A stretch of DNA of 64,000 nucleotides, from the IMG/VR virus record IMGVR_UViG_3300021289_000001; one strand, given 5' to 3'. How positions within the stretch are numbered: position 1 is the stretch's first letter; each line of letters starts with the position of its first letter. This DNA comes from a virus. Both the position numbers and the translations under genes were made by a program. A model generated the notes under the pieces. It saw only the letters and a list, made by a program, of their open reading frames with translations. It ran no database searches and was not told where the DNA came from. Positions 1 through 9,059 of the stretch are shown here, one piece after another.

Positions 1-1234
1 AGCCATTCGCTCCATTGCCGTTCGTGTACGACGTGGGCGCCATGTCATCGGGTGACAATATCTCACCTGTAGCCCGGTCAACCCGCTGCCCCCGGCTACT
101 GCGCGCCTCTATCCATTTGCCCTGCTCACGCTTTGCCGCCTCATAAGCGGCTTTGGCATCGCCGCTGTATTCTATTGCTGTGTAGATGTCGTAAGCGTCT
201 CGACAATGGCCGATGGTGTAGAGCGGGTCTGATGAGCTATGGTGATAGCTCATCTCCTTATCACCATCCTTGAAAACGATAACCGACGTTTGGCCCTTTT
301 CGCGCCCTGGTCTAGCCAGGCGCGCCGTGTGAGTCTGTTCCCAGCCCAGCGTATAGCCGGCGCCCGTAAGCAGGTCAATCACGCGATGCGTGCGGTTAAA
401 CTCGGCAATCACACTGTCGGTTGGCTTGCCCTGGTCCGCCTTGCGGGTTGTCTGCTGGGCCTTGATGCCAGCCTGTGTAACCTCATCCAGCCCGATCAAC
501 TGCTCAATTTCGCTGAATGAGTAAAGGCGGCTTTCGTCATGTTCGATAATCGCCACAGTGGGGAAGTCAGGCGCATACTGTGGCTTAACGTTGGTCGTGC
601 CAGGGACGCGCAACACACGGGCCAAATCCTTGGAAACGGGATCACAGCCTATCAAATCAACCCACGCCGCTTGCACCGCTTGAATGTGCGTGCGGTTGGC
701 GTCTGTGACCGTTACCGGCTCACACAGGAACCAGTAAGCGTGATAGCCCCCACCGCTATCAATAATCAGCGTAGGCGCCAACGGTGCGGCTCTGATGCGT
801 TCTAGCGCCCTGGCCTTGTAGCGCTCACGGTCACTGGATACCGCTTTTTCCTTCGCTTCTTTGACGGCTGTTTTTTGGGCAATGTTGGAGAGCGTGTCGA
901 AGTCGTCAGGCAAAAAAGGAGCATACTCTTTCGTACTCACTTCGTCTTTGGCGTCAAACTCGCCAAAGACGCAATTGATTGCCGCTATGTAGCGGATTTG
1001 TGAACGCACTTGCGAAGGGTCAACCGGCTCGCCGCGTGCGTTCGTCTTGGGGATCTCGGCGCATGGATGGATACCAAAATAAACGTTTTTATGCTTCCAT
1101 GCGCCGGGGATAACGGTAGGCTCATCAACGGCAAACCATTGCGACTGCTTACCGTCATCGGTCCACAAATAAGCGTAGCGCCCACCGCGCCAAAGCGTTT
1201 CGAGAATCTCACGATTCGTTGTTACATTGCCCAT
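1..1234 (-). CDS. RepB/AEP-type DNA primase(-polymerase), runs off the left edge
   Basis: Not in the ORF track (no stop in window). Manual translation from ATG at 1234 is open to the edge (411 codons): MGNVTTNREIL...FGEFDAKD...IIDSGGGYHAYW...DLARVLRVPGTTNVK, matching RepB-primase motifs. Confidence 0.8.
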   Translation of the reverse strand, partial: MGNVTTNREILETLWRGGRYAYLWTDDGKQSQWFAVDEPTVIPGAWKHKNVYFGIHPCAEIPKTNARGEPVDPSQVRSQIRYIAAINCVFGEFDAKDEVSTKEYAPFLPDDFDTLSNIAQKTAVKEAKEKAVSSDRERYKARALERIRAAPLAPTLIIDSGGGYHAYWFLCEPVTVTDANRTHIQAVQAAWVDLIGCDPVSKDLARVLRVPGTTNVKPQYAPDFPTVAIIEHDESRLYSFSEIEQLIGLDEVTQAGIKAQQTTRKADQGKPTDSVIAEFNRTHRVIDLLTGAGYTLGWEQTHTARLARPGREKGQTSVIVFKDGDKEMSYHHSSSDPLYTIGHCRDAYDIYTAIEYSGDAKAAYEAAKREQGKWIEARSSRGQRVDRATGEILSPDDMAPTSYTNGNGANG

Positions 1235-1335
1235 ATTTACGCCTTTTCAAAAACAGAGGGAAAACACAAAACGCACCGCTCTGGCATGATCAGAGTGCAG
1301 TCGTTAGCTGTCGGTGCGGGCATGGCGTGAATCAA

Positions 1336-1758
1336 TTAGAATGGAATATCTTCGTCGCGCGCTTGTGCTTTGACGGCTGGCGCTTGACGCCCTGGCGCTT
1401 GATAAGCCGGAGCGCCCTCTTCTTGTGGCTTGCTGCCAAGCAGTTTGATTTCCTTAGCTGTCACTTCCAGCGAAGCCGCTGGATCTCCGGCCTTGTTAAC
1501 GTAGGCGTTGGCCTCTTCCATTTCGCCCATAACCATAACTTGGCGACCCTTGACGATATAGCCGGCGGCGACAAACTCCGCCAGCTTTTGCCAAGCCGTG
1601 ATCCGGAACCATACGGTTTTCTCTTGCTTCTGCCCATCGGCGGATGTCCAATGCTTGCTGACGGCCATTCGGAACGCCGAAACGGGTGTACCGCTGGCGG
1701 TGTATCTCATCTCTGGGTCATTGCCGACATTGCCAATTAGAATAATTTGCTGATACAT
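1336..1758 (-). CDS. ssb: Single-stranded DNA-binding protein
   Basis: IILIGNVGNDPEMRYT...WFRITAW OB-fold motifs; C-terminal DEDIPF tail. Confidence 0.97.
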   Translation of the reverse strand: MYQQIILIGNVGNDPEMRYTASGTPVSAFRMAVSKHWTSADGQKQEKTVWFRITAWQKLAEFVAAGYIVKGRQVMVMGEMEEANAYVNKAGDPAASLEVTAKEIKLLGSKPQEEGAPAYQAPGRQAPAVKAQARDEDIPF

Positions 1759-1778
1759 GATATTTTTTCCTTTCCAAA

Positions 1779-2684
1779 CTAAGCTGTAACCAATTCTTGT
1801 TGCTTTTCCGCTACACGTCCGTTAACCGCCTCGATCCACATTCGCCACATATCCGCCGATGTCTTAGGCTGCTTATCAAGCTTGCATTCTTCATAGGCGT
1901 TTTTGGCGTGAATAGCATCGCGAAAGCAGCCCTGTTCAAAGCCCCACGCTATCGCCTCTACCGGGCCACTGAACCGCTCAGGCGTGCTTTCCGCTTCTTT
2001 GACACCTTCGCTGTACATAGCTTGCTCAATGAGTTCTGGCATTCCACGCCAACCGCCTGCGGTATCGATTAGCCTAATCCCGCTCTTACCGTTGCGCGCC
2101 CATTCGACCAAAACCGTGCGCTTACCGTCAGCGTCTACATCCAGGCGCAGAATAGCGTTAAGGCTGCGGCGCAAGCGAACCAGTTCGGTCTCAGGGATGC
2201 TTGCACGCATAATCAATTTGGCGTTGCTGTCTCGTGATTCGTGCGTGTGCCAGATCCATAGTGTGTCTACGCCAGAGCCGGTAACGGCGTCTTGTAGCAA
2301 GCTCATGGTCATCGCCTTACCACGAAAAGCCGCAATCTTATTTTTGGCGCGGCCGTGTTCAATATCCGACATGGCAGCGTTGATGTGGGGGCGCAAGATG
2401 GCGGTCAGACTGTCCACAACGATGGTGCGCACGCCAGAGCCAGGGAGATTCTCACGCAGTAGGCGAGCGATATTGTCAGGGTCGGTGTTGTCGGTGTGGT
2501 CGTCACTCAACTGATAGACGGTGCCAGCGGCGTGTGTCAGTTGTTCGGTAAAGCGAGCATCGCTGTCGATCACCAGCGATGGTGTTTTCATTTGGCTGGC
2601 AAAATGGCTCTTGCCAGAACCGGCCGCGCCGTAGATAGCCCACTGGCGCGGCGGATATTGCGGCGCTTTCATTTCTTTGAACAT
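1779..2684 (-). CDS. Phage AAA ATPase (AAA_24/Sak4-like recombination protein)
   Basis: Walker A GAAGSGKS, Walker B IVVDS; adjacent to ssb. Confidence 0.75.
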   Translation of the reverse strand: MFKEMKAPQYPPRQWAIYGAAGSGKSHFASQMKTPSLVIDSDARFTEQLTHAAGTVYQLSDDHTDNTDPDNIARLLRENLPGSGVRTIVVDSLTAILRPHINAAMSDIEHGRAKNKIAAFRGKAMTMSLLQDAVTGSGVDTLWIWHTHESRDSNAKLIMRASIPETELVRLRRSLNAILRLDVDADGKRTVLVEWARNGKSGIRLIDTAGGWRGMPELIEQAMYSEGVKEAESTPERFSGPVEAIAWGFEQGCFRDAIHAKNAYEECKLDKQPKTSADMWRMWIEAVNGRVAEKQQELVTA

Positions 2685-2686
2685 TG

Positions 2687-2995
2687 TTATACCCCCACCG
2701 AAGTAGCGTAATCAGAGCGCTCTTTCTGGATCTGCGCTTGCAAACGAACAATTTCCGCCCGCAACACAGAGATCTCGTTATCACGACGGTCAAGCAATCG
2801 CTTGATGTGCTGCCAAGCTTCTTCACGCTCTGGGCAAATAACCGACGTGTCCTCGTTCCAGCATCCGCCAACTTGCGCCGCTGCCAGTAGCTTGGCCTCA
2901 GCAAACGAGTTAGCGTCTACTTCTTGCGGCGAAAATTCCTGTCCGCTATCATCGACAATCCCATGCACAATGTGTTTCATGCGTAATTCCTTCAC
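2687..2995 (-). CDS. Hypothetical phage protein
   Basis: ORF coupled to the AAA gene; C-terminal coiled coil. Confidence 0.6.
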   Translation of the reverse strand: MKELRMKHIVHGIVDDSGQEFSPQEVDANSFAEAKLLAAAQVGGCWNEDTSVICPEREEAWQHIKRLLDRRDNEISVLRAEIVRLQAQIQKERSDYATSVGV

Positions 2996-3019
2996 CGGTT
3001 TCAGTGACGGCTCACCAGG

Positions 3020-3058
3020 TTAAAAGAAAAAATAATCCCGTTGGAACGGGATAAAACA
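3020..3058 (-). terminator. Intrinsic terminator in the leader of the ssb/primase operon
   Basis: ATCCCGTT-gg-AACGGGAT stem followed on the minus strand by TATTTTTTCTTTT. Confidence 0.55.
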
Positions 3059-3158
3059 CAAGCTATGCCGGATTGACGCACCGGCTAACGGCGGCGTTTT
3101 CACCGCATGTAACACGAGGATCACCTCCTTCAAAAACCATTTACTATCTATAGATGTA

Positions 3159-3193
3159 ATTATAGCAGGTTTTTTACTTCTGTCAATAACTAA
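3159..3193 (-). promoter_or_regulatory. Sigma70-type promoter with TTAGTTATTGA motif
   Basis: TTGACA (3186-3181), 16-bp spacer ending TGC, TATAAT (3164-3159). Confidence 0.75.
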
Positions 3194-3258
3194 TATATTG
3201 ATTTGAGCGTAAATAAATAACTGTCAGCGCAATGTAAGATTTGCGCCGATGGCATGAT

Positions 3259-3597
3259 CTATAATTTGTCATGGAGTTCAGCGGCTAACGTGGTGCAATA
3301 ATCCTCGCCTAGCACCTGTACAAGCATACTGGCAGCCAGAGCCGGAGATAGCGAAGCGTCAATGATAACACAGTCCTTCGAGGTAAACCTTGGTTTGTCG
3401 CTCGGTTGTGGTCGGGGAGTGCTGAACTTCTCAACGAGCATAGCCGTGCTGGGGACGTTGAACTCAAATCGCAACAGTTGGGTGTAGCGCCTGATTGTCG
3501 CCACCTCAAGGCCAGTATGCTCGGAAATGTCCTGGGCGCGCGAATAGCCGGCTTTGATAGCCAGCAATACCAACATTTCCGAATTATTTCTTTTCAT
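3259..3597 (-). CDS. Putative HTH DNA-binding protein
   Basis: N-terminal SRAQDISEHTGLEVATIRRYTQLL HTH-like segment. Confidence 0.55.
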   Translation of the reverse strand: MKRNNSEMLVLLAIKAGYSRAQDISEHTGLEVATIRRYTQLLRFEFNVPSTAMLVEKFSTPRPQPSDKPRFTSKDCVIIDASLSPALAASMLVQVLGEDYCTTLAAELHDKL

Positions 3598-3808
3598 TGT
3601 TTTGAAAAACTATAGTATTATTTATTAGTGGGTTGAATATATCAGCGGCAATCTGCGCGATCGGCGTTTTGGCCGTGATTAGGAATTCTCGCTTGGTGCC
3701 GGCCCGCACCCGGCGCGCGAAGGTGTAGCCCTCGGCAATTAGCTTTGCTTCACGCTCCGGGTCAAAAATACCCTTACCTAACTCGTTTTTGTGGTTTGGG
3801 TCAAGCAT
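3584..3808 (-). CDS. Hypothetical protein
   Basis: Likely start MLDPNHK at 3808, coupled to the upstream XRE gene. Confidence 0.45.
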   Translation of the reverse strand: MLDPNHKNELGKGIFDPEREAKLIAEGYTFARRVRAGTKREFLITAKTPIAQIAADIFNPLINNTIVFQNNEKK

Positions 3809-4088
3809 GGGCAACCCCCATGAATTGCGCCAGTTGATTTGTGATGTCCCGGCGCGCAAGCGCGTACGCCTGCTGGCGTACAGCATCGTTATCGGAGATG
3901 CCCAAGAGATAATCAGCACTGACCCCCAGGGTCAAGCAAAGCGGAACAAGATGCTTAATGGCGAGCGGTTGCTTACCAGTTTCCGCCATATTGATTAGAT
4001 TACGGTCGATGTTCATCTTTTCGGCCAGTTCACTCTGGCTCAGTTTAGCGGCTTCCCGTGCCGCCCGAAGTCGTTCACTGTTGATCAT
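3801..4088 (-). CDS. XRE-family HTH regulator (Cro-like)
   Basis: LRAAREAAKLSQSELAEKMNIDRNLINMAETG...LGVSADYLLG; divergent from the CI-like gene. Confidence 0.9.
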   Translation of the reverse strand: MINSERLRAAREAAKLSQSELAEKMNIDRNLINMAETGKQPLAIKHLVPLCLTLGVSADYLLGISDNDAVRQQAYALARRDITNQLAQFMGVAHA

Positions 4089-4123
4089 GTAATAGCCCCC
4101 TTAGAATCAATCAATAAAATCTA

Positions 4124-4168
4124 TTAGTTATTTATTATAGCTATTTTTTCGTCATTGTCAATAACTAA
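4124..4168 (-). promoter_or_regulatory. Promoter/operator of the lysis-lysogeny switch
   Basis: TTGACA (4161-4156)-16 bp-TATAAT (4139-4134), bracketed by inverted TTAGTTATT motifs at 4124 and 4158-4168. Confidence 0.75.
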
Positions 4169-4189
4169 AAATGTCAGGAGACGACCACG

Positions 4190-4840
4190 ATGGATAAGCG
4201 AAAGATCAACGGTGAAAAAGTGGAGCATTTGCGCCAGGCGCGTGAATGGAGTCAGCGTCAACTGGGGGAGATGGTAGGACTGTCGCAAGCCGGGGTCAAC
4301 ACGGTAGAAAAGGAGTATCAATCGCCCGCCAAAGAATATCGAAGTACGTCCGTGGAAAAGTTTATCCGCTTGGCTGAAGCGCTGGACACGTCGTTGGATT
4401 ATCTAGCCGACCGCACCGATGACCCTACGCCGCCGGCAAAGCTCGCCCAGAAACTTGAAATAGTCGGAGACACACCGGCGCAAAAGCAAAAGTTTAAGAC
4501 CATGTTGGACCGTGCTAAGTTGTTGCCGGAAGATGAGCTTGACATGGTGATCCTGCTGCTCATGCGCTTGTCTGGCACTGAGCCGATTGCTCACACGTCG
4601 GAGGCCAGGGCCGCAGCGCAAATCATCGATGCGCTGTCGGATGAGGACCGCGCCGACGCCCTAGCCGCTGTGCGCAACCTGGAAAGTAAAATCAACGACA
4701 ACGTTGCAACGTTATCTGAGCGGATGAATTATTTGATTTCGCTAGTTGAAAGTCGGCTTGGGATTGATGCCCGTGCGGAGATTGAGCGAGATTTGGGAAT
4801 CAGATTGAGTGATAGCGTTGGGAAACAAATCGGCGCATAG
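4190..4840 (+). CDS. XRE-family repressor (CI-like)
   Basis: LRQAREWSQRQLGEMVGLSQAGVNTVE...LAEALDTSLDYL HTH plus helical C-terminal region; no peptidase S24 motif seen. Confidence 0.85.
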   Translation: MDKRKINGEKVEHLRQAREWSQRQLGEMVGLSQAGVNTVEKEYQSPAKEYRSTSVEKFIRLAEALDTSLDYLADRTDDPTPPAKLAQKLEIVGDTPAQKQKFKTMLDRAKLLPEDELDMVILLLMRLSGTEPIAHTSEARAAAQIIDALSDEDRADALAAVRNLESKINDNVATLSERMNYLISLVESRLGIDARAEIERDLGIRLSDSVGKQIGA

Positions 4841-5108
4841 TTTGTCGGTTAGATATTCGCAGATTTCTTCCAGCTTTTTGACTTGCTCAGTTACGGGAAG
4901 ATCATTAAGCTGGGGAGCTTTTTTTTTGTTCATATCGAAACTTTCTGTGATTAAAGTAAGTTCTGTAGGTAAACCCAATGTTAACATGAAAAGGCGATGA
5001 AATTGCCTTACATAATACTTTCCATTATATAATGCTTTTATCCTTACGGTAAGGATTAAGTATATCACAATTCACACAATTAGTTTTTGGTTTGAGCAGA
5101 GAATAATT

Positions 5109-5154
5109 ACATAAATAGTGCCTGTATCTACACGGATACAGGCACTATTTATGT
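5109..5154. repeat. Perfect 20-bp inverted repeat with 6-bp spacer
   Basis: ACATAAATAGTGCCTGTATC-tacacg-GATACAGGCACTATTTATGT. Confidence 0.9.
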
Positions 5155-5251
5155 GCTATAGTTAGTAAAGTATCGGCCCCAAAAAACTATCTAATCGCCT
5201 AGATAGTTAAGCGTGCGATATTTACTTATGAGAATGACCATTCTCTATTAA

Positions 5252-6151
5252 CTATCCGGGCAAAGCTAATAATGCGCTTTTTGCTGGAACAATTCCGCGC
5301 CGATCATAGCTCATTGTCAACGTGACGTTTTTATGTCCAACAACATTAGCTACGGTTACTAGGTCAACGCCGCTATCAATCAGCTTGCTGATAAATGTAT
5401 AACGAAAGTCATGTGGAGTAATATTTGCTACTCCTGCCTGTTTTGCTTTAGAGGTCAAGATCATGTATAGCCCCTGGTCAGTCAACCTACTATCTACAAT
5501 CCTGTCGTTTTTTAGCACACGCCGAAAGATAGCGCCAGGAGTTTTCAGAAGATCTATCCAAGTGGATAAAATTGCGGCAACTTCGTCGTTGATAAAAACG
5601 AGGCGATTACTCCATCCCTTTGTTTCTCTGAAATAGAGAGACTTTGCCCTTACGTCAAAATCAGGTATATCTAAGTTGATAATCTCACTGCGTCTTGCCC
5701 CAGTTGCATAAAGCAAAACAAGCATGGCATGATCACGGATTTCAGCATTGCTCGTTCCGGCGCATGTTGCGATTAGTTTCTTGATCTCGCTATCTTCCAG
5801 AAGTCTACCCGGTTTTTCGATATGATTTTCAATGTCGGAAACATCAGCGGCGGCAAGATAGTTATCGTGACTCATCAAGCCAAGCCGCCAGGCTTCTTTT
5901 AAAACACAACGCAAGGCGGAAAGCCCCTTGTTCACCGTGGATGGCGAAAACTCATCTTGTAGCCAGTCTTTCACGGCCCCTACATCATCTCTATCTAAAT
6001 TATGCCAAGCAAAACTATCGGCGTCATACTCGCCATCGCCCAAGAATTCCGCAATCCTATTCAGGATTTGAGATGTGCTGCGTTTAGAGTTTTTTGCCTT
6101 TAGACTCTCGATGTACATTGAAAAAGGTGTTAATTGTTCCTTTGTTTTCAT
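5252..6151 (-). CDS. Tyrosine recombinase (XerC/D-like integrase)
   Basis: RDHAMLVLLYATGARRSE (catalytic R), HDFR (HxxR), VGH and terminal Y (MSYD). Confidence 0.95.
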   Translation of the reverse strand: MKTKEQLTPFSMYIESLKAKNSKRSTSQILNRIAEFLGDGEYDADSFAWHNLDRDDVGAVKDWLQDEFSPSTVNKGLSALRCVLKEAWRLGLMSHDNYLAAADVSDIENHIEKPGRLLEDSEIKKLIATCAGTSNAEIRDHAMLVLLYATGARRSEIINLDIPDFDVRAKSLYFRETKGWSNRLVFINDEVAAILSTWIDLLKTPGAIFRRVLKNDRIVDSRLTDQGLYMILTSKAKQAGVANITPHDFRYTFISKLIDSGVDLVTVANVVGHKNVTLTMSYDRRGIVPAKSALLALPG

Positions 6152-6190
6152 GTTGTGCTCCTAAATGATTCTCAAAACAAATCAATAATA

Positions 6191-6275
6191 TAGTTATTAT
6201 ATTAACATATTTGTACCGTATAGTCAATAACTAAACTATTGAATTATTGACGATATACATACATGGTGATATAGT
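6191..6275. promoter_or_regulatory. Divergent promoters between the two recombinase operons
   Basis: Plus strand TTGACG (6247)-17-TATAGT (6270); minus strand TTGACT within the TTAGTTATTGA motif at 6224-6234. Confidence 0.6.
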
Positions 6276-6312
6276 ACAAATGTAATTTTTGAGAAAAACA
6301 TAAGGAGGGTTT

Positions 6313-6546
6313 ATGGTTATCAGGGATACTAATATTTTTCGGTCTTTACTGGCTCTGAGGGGTTTGCATCAGCAGATTGATATAGCCAAAAAATTTCATA
6401 CCAGTGAGAACTCTGTTACTCGATGGTTCAAGGGGAAGCCCATGCACCGAGGGACCGCCGAACGTATTTCGGAGTTTTTGGAAAGAGATTCTGGCGAGTT
6501 GTTTGTTGATAAAAGCGCTCCCTGTGACGTGTTGGGGTTAAGATGA
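6313..6546 (+). CDS. Small HTH protein (candidate regulator or directionality factor)
   Basis: QQIDIAKKFHTSENSVTRWFKG XRE-like HTH; SD AGGAGGG upstream. Confidence 0.65.
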   Translation: MVIRDTNIFRSLLALRGLHQQIDIAKKFHTSENSVTRWFKGKPMHRGTAERISEFLERDSGELFVDKSAPCDVLGLR

Positions 6547-6809
6547 ACAAAGAACTCGGCAAACAAATAATGGATGGTATCAAATCAGGCTTGCAGCCGT
6601 TCGATAAAGCGGAATTTCAGCGAGCATACGAAATGCAAGCCAAGCGAGAAAAACGCACAATGGATCTTCTTGGCATTAGCGAAGAAGAACTGGCGGTGAT
6701 TCGCGAGATGAGATGGCAAATACAACTGAATTGTGCTATGTACGGCCATAGGTGGCGTGATGTTGCCGGCGAAATTCAATGCGTATCGTGCGGAGAATAT
6801 AAAAAATAG
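6543..6809 (+). CDS. Hypothetical protein with C-terminal Cys/His motif
   Basis: Overlapping start; CAMYGHRW...CVSCG. Confidence 0.6.
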   Translation: MNKELGKQIMDGIKSGLQPFDKAEFQRAYEMQAKREKRTMDLLGISEEELAVIREMRWQIQLNCAMYGHRWRDVAGEIQCVSCGEYKK

Positions 6810-6875
6810 CCGCCGCAGCGTAATCGGCCAAGATCGCTGTGACGGCTAAAATTTGGAAAGGAAACATATTGTACC

Positions 6876-8417
6876 ATGAGTTCTTCAATATCCTCTGTAA
6901 GCCGCTGTGTTATTTGGGCGGCAGTGAGTAGTGAATCTCAAGCCCGTGACGAAAAGGCGTCTATACCCGATCAATTACGGCTTGGTAGAGAAGCCGCAGC
7001 GCTTCACGGTTTAACTGTTGTTGCTGAATTAATCGTGCCAGGGCAAAGCCGAAGCATTGTTTTGTTCGAGGATGCTTGCAAGAAAATTGCCGCCTATGCT
7101 CAACTCCACAGGATGATTCAGGGAAAAGAAATGGATGTCTTTATTTTCCTGAATCGTTCGCGCTTAGGCAGAATATCATCGTTGTCTATGACTGTGGCGG
7201 AATTATTGAGAGAAGCCGGTATTATTTGCTATGACTTGGAAAGCCCTCCGGCCACACTGACGGCGGATGATAGCCATGATGGGATGTTGACCGGTGCCAT
7301 AAAAAGCGTAGGCGCACAGCGGGAAATCATCACCTTGCAGCATCGGCATAAAATCGGAATGCTTGCCAGAACAGAGAATGGCCGTTGGCCCGCAAAAGTC
7401 CCTTGGGGATGGCTTGGCAATTATGCAACTAGCGTAGACGGTAAGCGGATTCTGATATCCGAGGAAGTAGACCCTGTGGCATCAGCGCACATTCGCCGGG
7501 CCTTGCTCGAATGGTATCTGCGTGATGGCATGAGTCAGAAAATGATTGCTGAAAAGTTCAACGAAGCTGGCGTGCCCACGCCCACGGGTAAGCGCTGGGA
7601 ACATGCTCACGTCGCCCATCTCTTCAATCTCGTGTTGCGCTTTGCCGGTTACAGCGAGATCAACAAGCGGTCAACCAAACGTGAATACGTGCGCGCTAAG
7701 GGCAACTGGCCGCCGATTCTCACGTTGGTTGAAGCTGAAGCGATACTAGCCGAACGTGCCAGGCGTGTACATGCGCCGCGCACGGTGTCACACGTTACCC
7801 TATTCAGCGGCGTTGTGTGGTGCCAACGGTGCAATCGCCCGATGTCAGCGGCGACCGACAAAGGATTCGGCCATGCGTACCGCTGTAACCACGTCAACCG
7901 CTTTGGCGCCCACGCAGACGGTCAAACCAAACGTTCATTGATCAGCTACAATAAGCTGATGGAAGCCGCAATAGAGGCGATTACAGAGATCCAAGATGCC
8001 AGCACACGCGCCGAAATTATCGCTGCCCGTATCCAGCCGCAAGGCAATGACGCCACGGCGCAACTGGCGGCCCTAGATGCTCGCCTGAAACGCCTAGAGG
8101 CCGCCCAGCAGCGTATTGACCGTGATTACTACATAGATGAGCGCGTTGACATTACGCGCCACCGTGCACTATCTGATGACATCCAGCGCCAAATCAGCGA
8201 GCTTGCACGCCAACACAGCGACGTTGAACAACAAGCACAGGTGCAACAAGCCGCCGCTAATCTGGCCGATGATCTGGCAGATATTGCGTCTGTGGGTCTA
8301 GCAAAGCTTGCAATGCCGGTGCGTGAAGCCAACGCTTGGTTGCGCCGTTCGCTGCGCATCTACATGCTCGATTGCGAAGCGGTTCAAGTGGACTTTTTAC
8401 CCCGTGCTATGCCATAG
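6876..8417 (+). CDS. Large serine recombinase (integrase)
   Basis: Resolvase domain (WAAVSSESQ, SRLGR), recombinase domain (NGRWPAKVPWGW), zinc ribbon CQRC...YRC, coiled coil. Confidence 0.92.
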   Translation: MSSSISSVSRCVIWAAVSSESQARDEKASIPDQLRLGREAAALHGLTVVAELIVPGQSRSIVLFEDACKKIAAYAQLHRMIQGKEMDVFIFLNRSRLGRISSLSMTVAELLREAGIICYDLESPPATLTADDSHDGMLTGAIKSVGAQREIITLQHRHKIGMLARTENGRWPAKVPWGWLGNYATSVDGKRILISEEVDPVASAHIRRALLEWYLRDGMSQKMIAEKFNEAGVPTPTGKRWEHAHVAHLFNLVLRFAGYSEINKRSTKREYVRAKGNWPPILTLVEAEAILAERARRVHAPRTVSHVTLFSGVVWCQRCNRPMSAATDKGFGHAYRCNHVNRFGAHADGQTKRSLISYNKLMEAAIEAITEIQDASTRAEIIAARIQPQGNDATAQLAALDARLKRLEAAQQRIDRDYYIDERVDITRHRALSDDIQRQISELARQHSDVEQQAQVQQAAANLADDLADIASVGLAKLAMPVREANAWLRRSLRIYMLDCEAVQVDFLPRAMP

Positions 8418-8498
8418 CACATGCCCACCTGCTATTCCATAACACGCACCTTACGACACTCCCCAAACTCACCTCTAATTTGCCCATAATTTAGCATA

Positions 8499-8545
8499 TT
8501 AGTTATTGACAAAATACGTAAAATTGCTATAATTGCATCTATAGT
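8499..8545 (+). promoter_or_regulatory. Early-gene promoter with TTAGTTATTGA motif
   Basis: TTGACA (8506)-16 bp ending TGC-TATAAT (8528), then TGCATCTATAG nearly identical to the 3159 promoter. Confidence 0.8.
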
Positions 8546-8580
8546 TATTTAATTTCTCTTTTGGAAAGGACTATAGACGT

Positions 8581-8787
8581 ATGGATGATCAACAGTTACG
8601 TGATTTTCTCTATGAGTTGCTGGGCGCACTGGGGCGAGAAAACAACCTGATTGCCGTCTCAGTTGCAACCGCTAAAATTCAATGTGAGCTTGCCAAGCTC
8701 AATGGCCGGCGCGATGCAGCGCTGATGCTTGGCAAGGTAGAACGCCGTGAAGATGACGGCGAGTTGCTCTTTATGGCGGTGCGCTAA
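8581..8787 (+). CDS. Hypothetical early protein
   Basis: SD AAGGA; first gene after the promoter. Confidence 0.65.
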   Translation: MDDQQLRDFLYELLGALGRENNLIAVSVATAKIQCELAKLNGRRDAALMLGKVERREDDGELLFMAVR

Positions 8788-9059
8788 TGTGCCAACGCAT
8801 CCTCACCATCGAGGAAGCCGAAGCGATTTACTACGACGAGATCAACGCCTATCAGCTTTTATGCGACATTCAAAGCTGGCTTGGCTTTGTGTGTCAACAA
8901 GACTTTGATTACGGCTGGGATCATTTCATGGTAAGGCATGGCGACCGCGAAGAATTGGTGAATGAGGCCCAGCGCAAGGGGTTTGAACAGGCGCTGAGCG
9001 TTTACGATGACGAATTGTTGAGTGAACGTGAGATGACAGCGGAGATGTGGCAACGATGA
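8787..9059 (+). CDS. Hypothetical acidic early protein
   Basis: Translationally coupled ORF. Confidence 0.65.
   Translation: MCQRILTIEEAEAIYYDEINAYQLLCDIQSWLGFVCQQDFDYGWDHFMVRHGDREELVNEAQRKGFEQALSVYDDELLSEREMTAEMWQR

Noticed and set aside
231-254. 10-bp-arm palindrome GATGAGCTAT-ggtg-ATAGCTCATC
   Set aside because: Inside the primase coding frame with no supporting context.
8418-8500. attP for the serine recombinase
   Set aside because: No convincing imperfect inverted repeat seen; cannot be supported without junction data.
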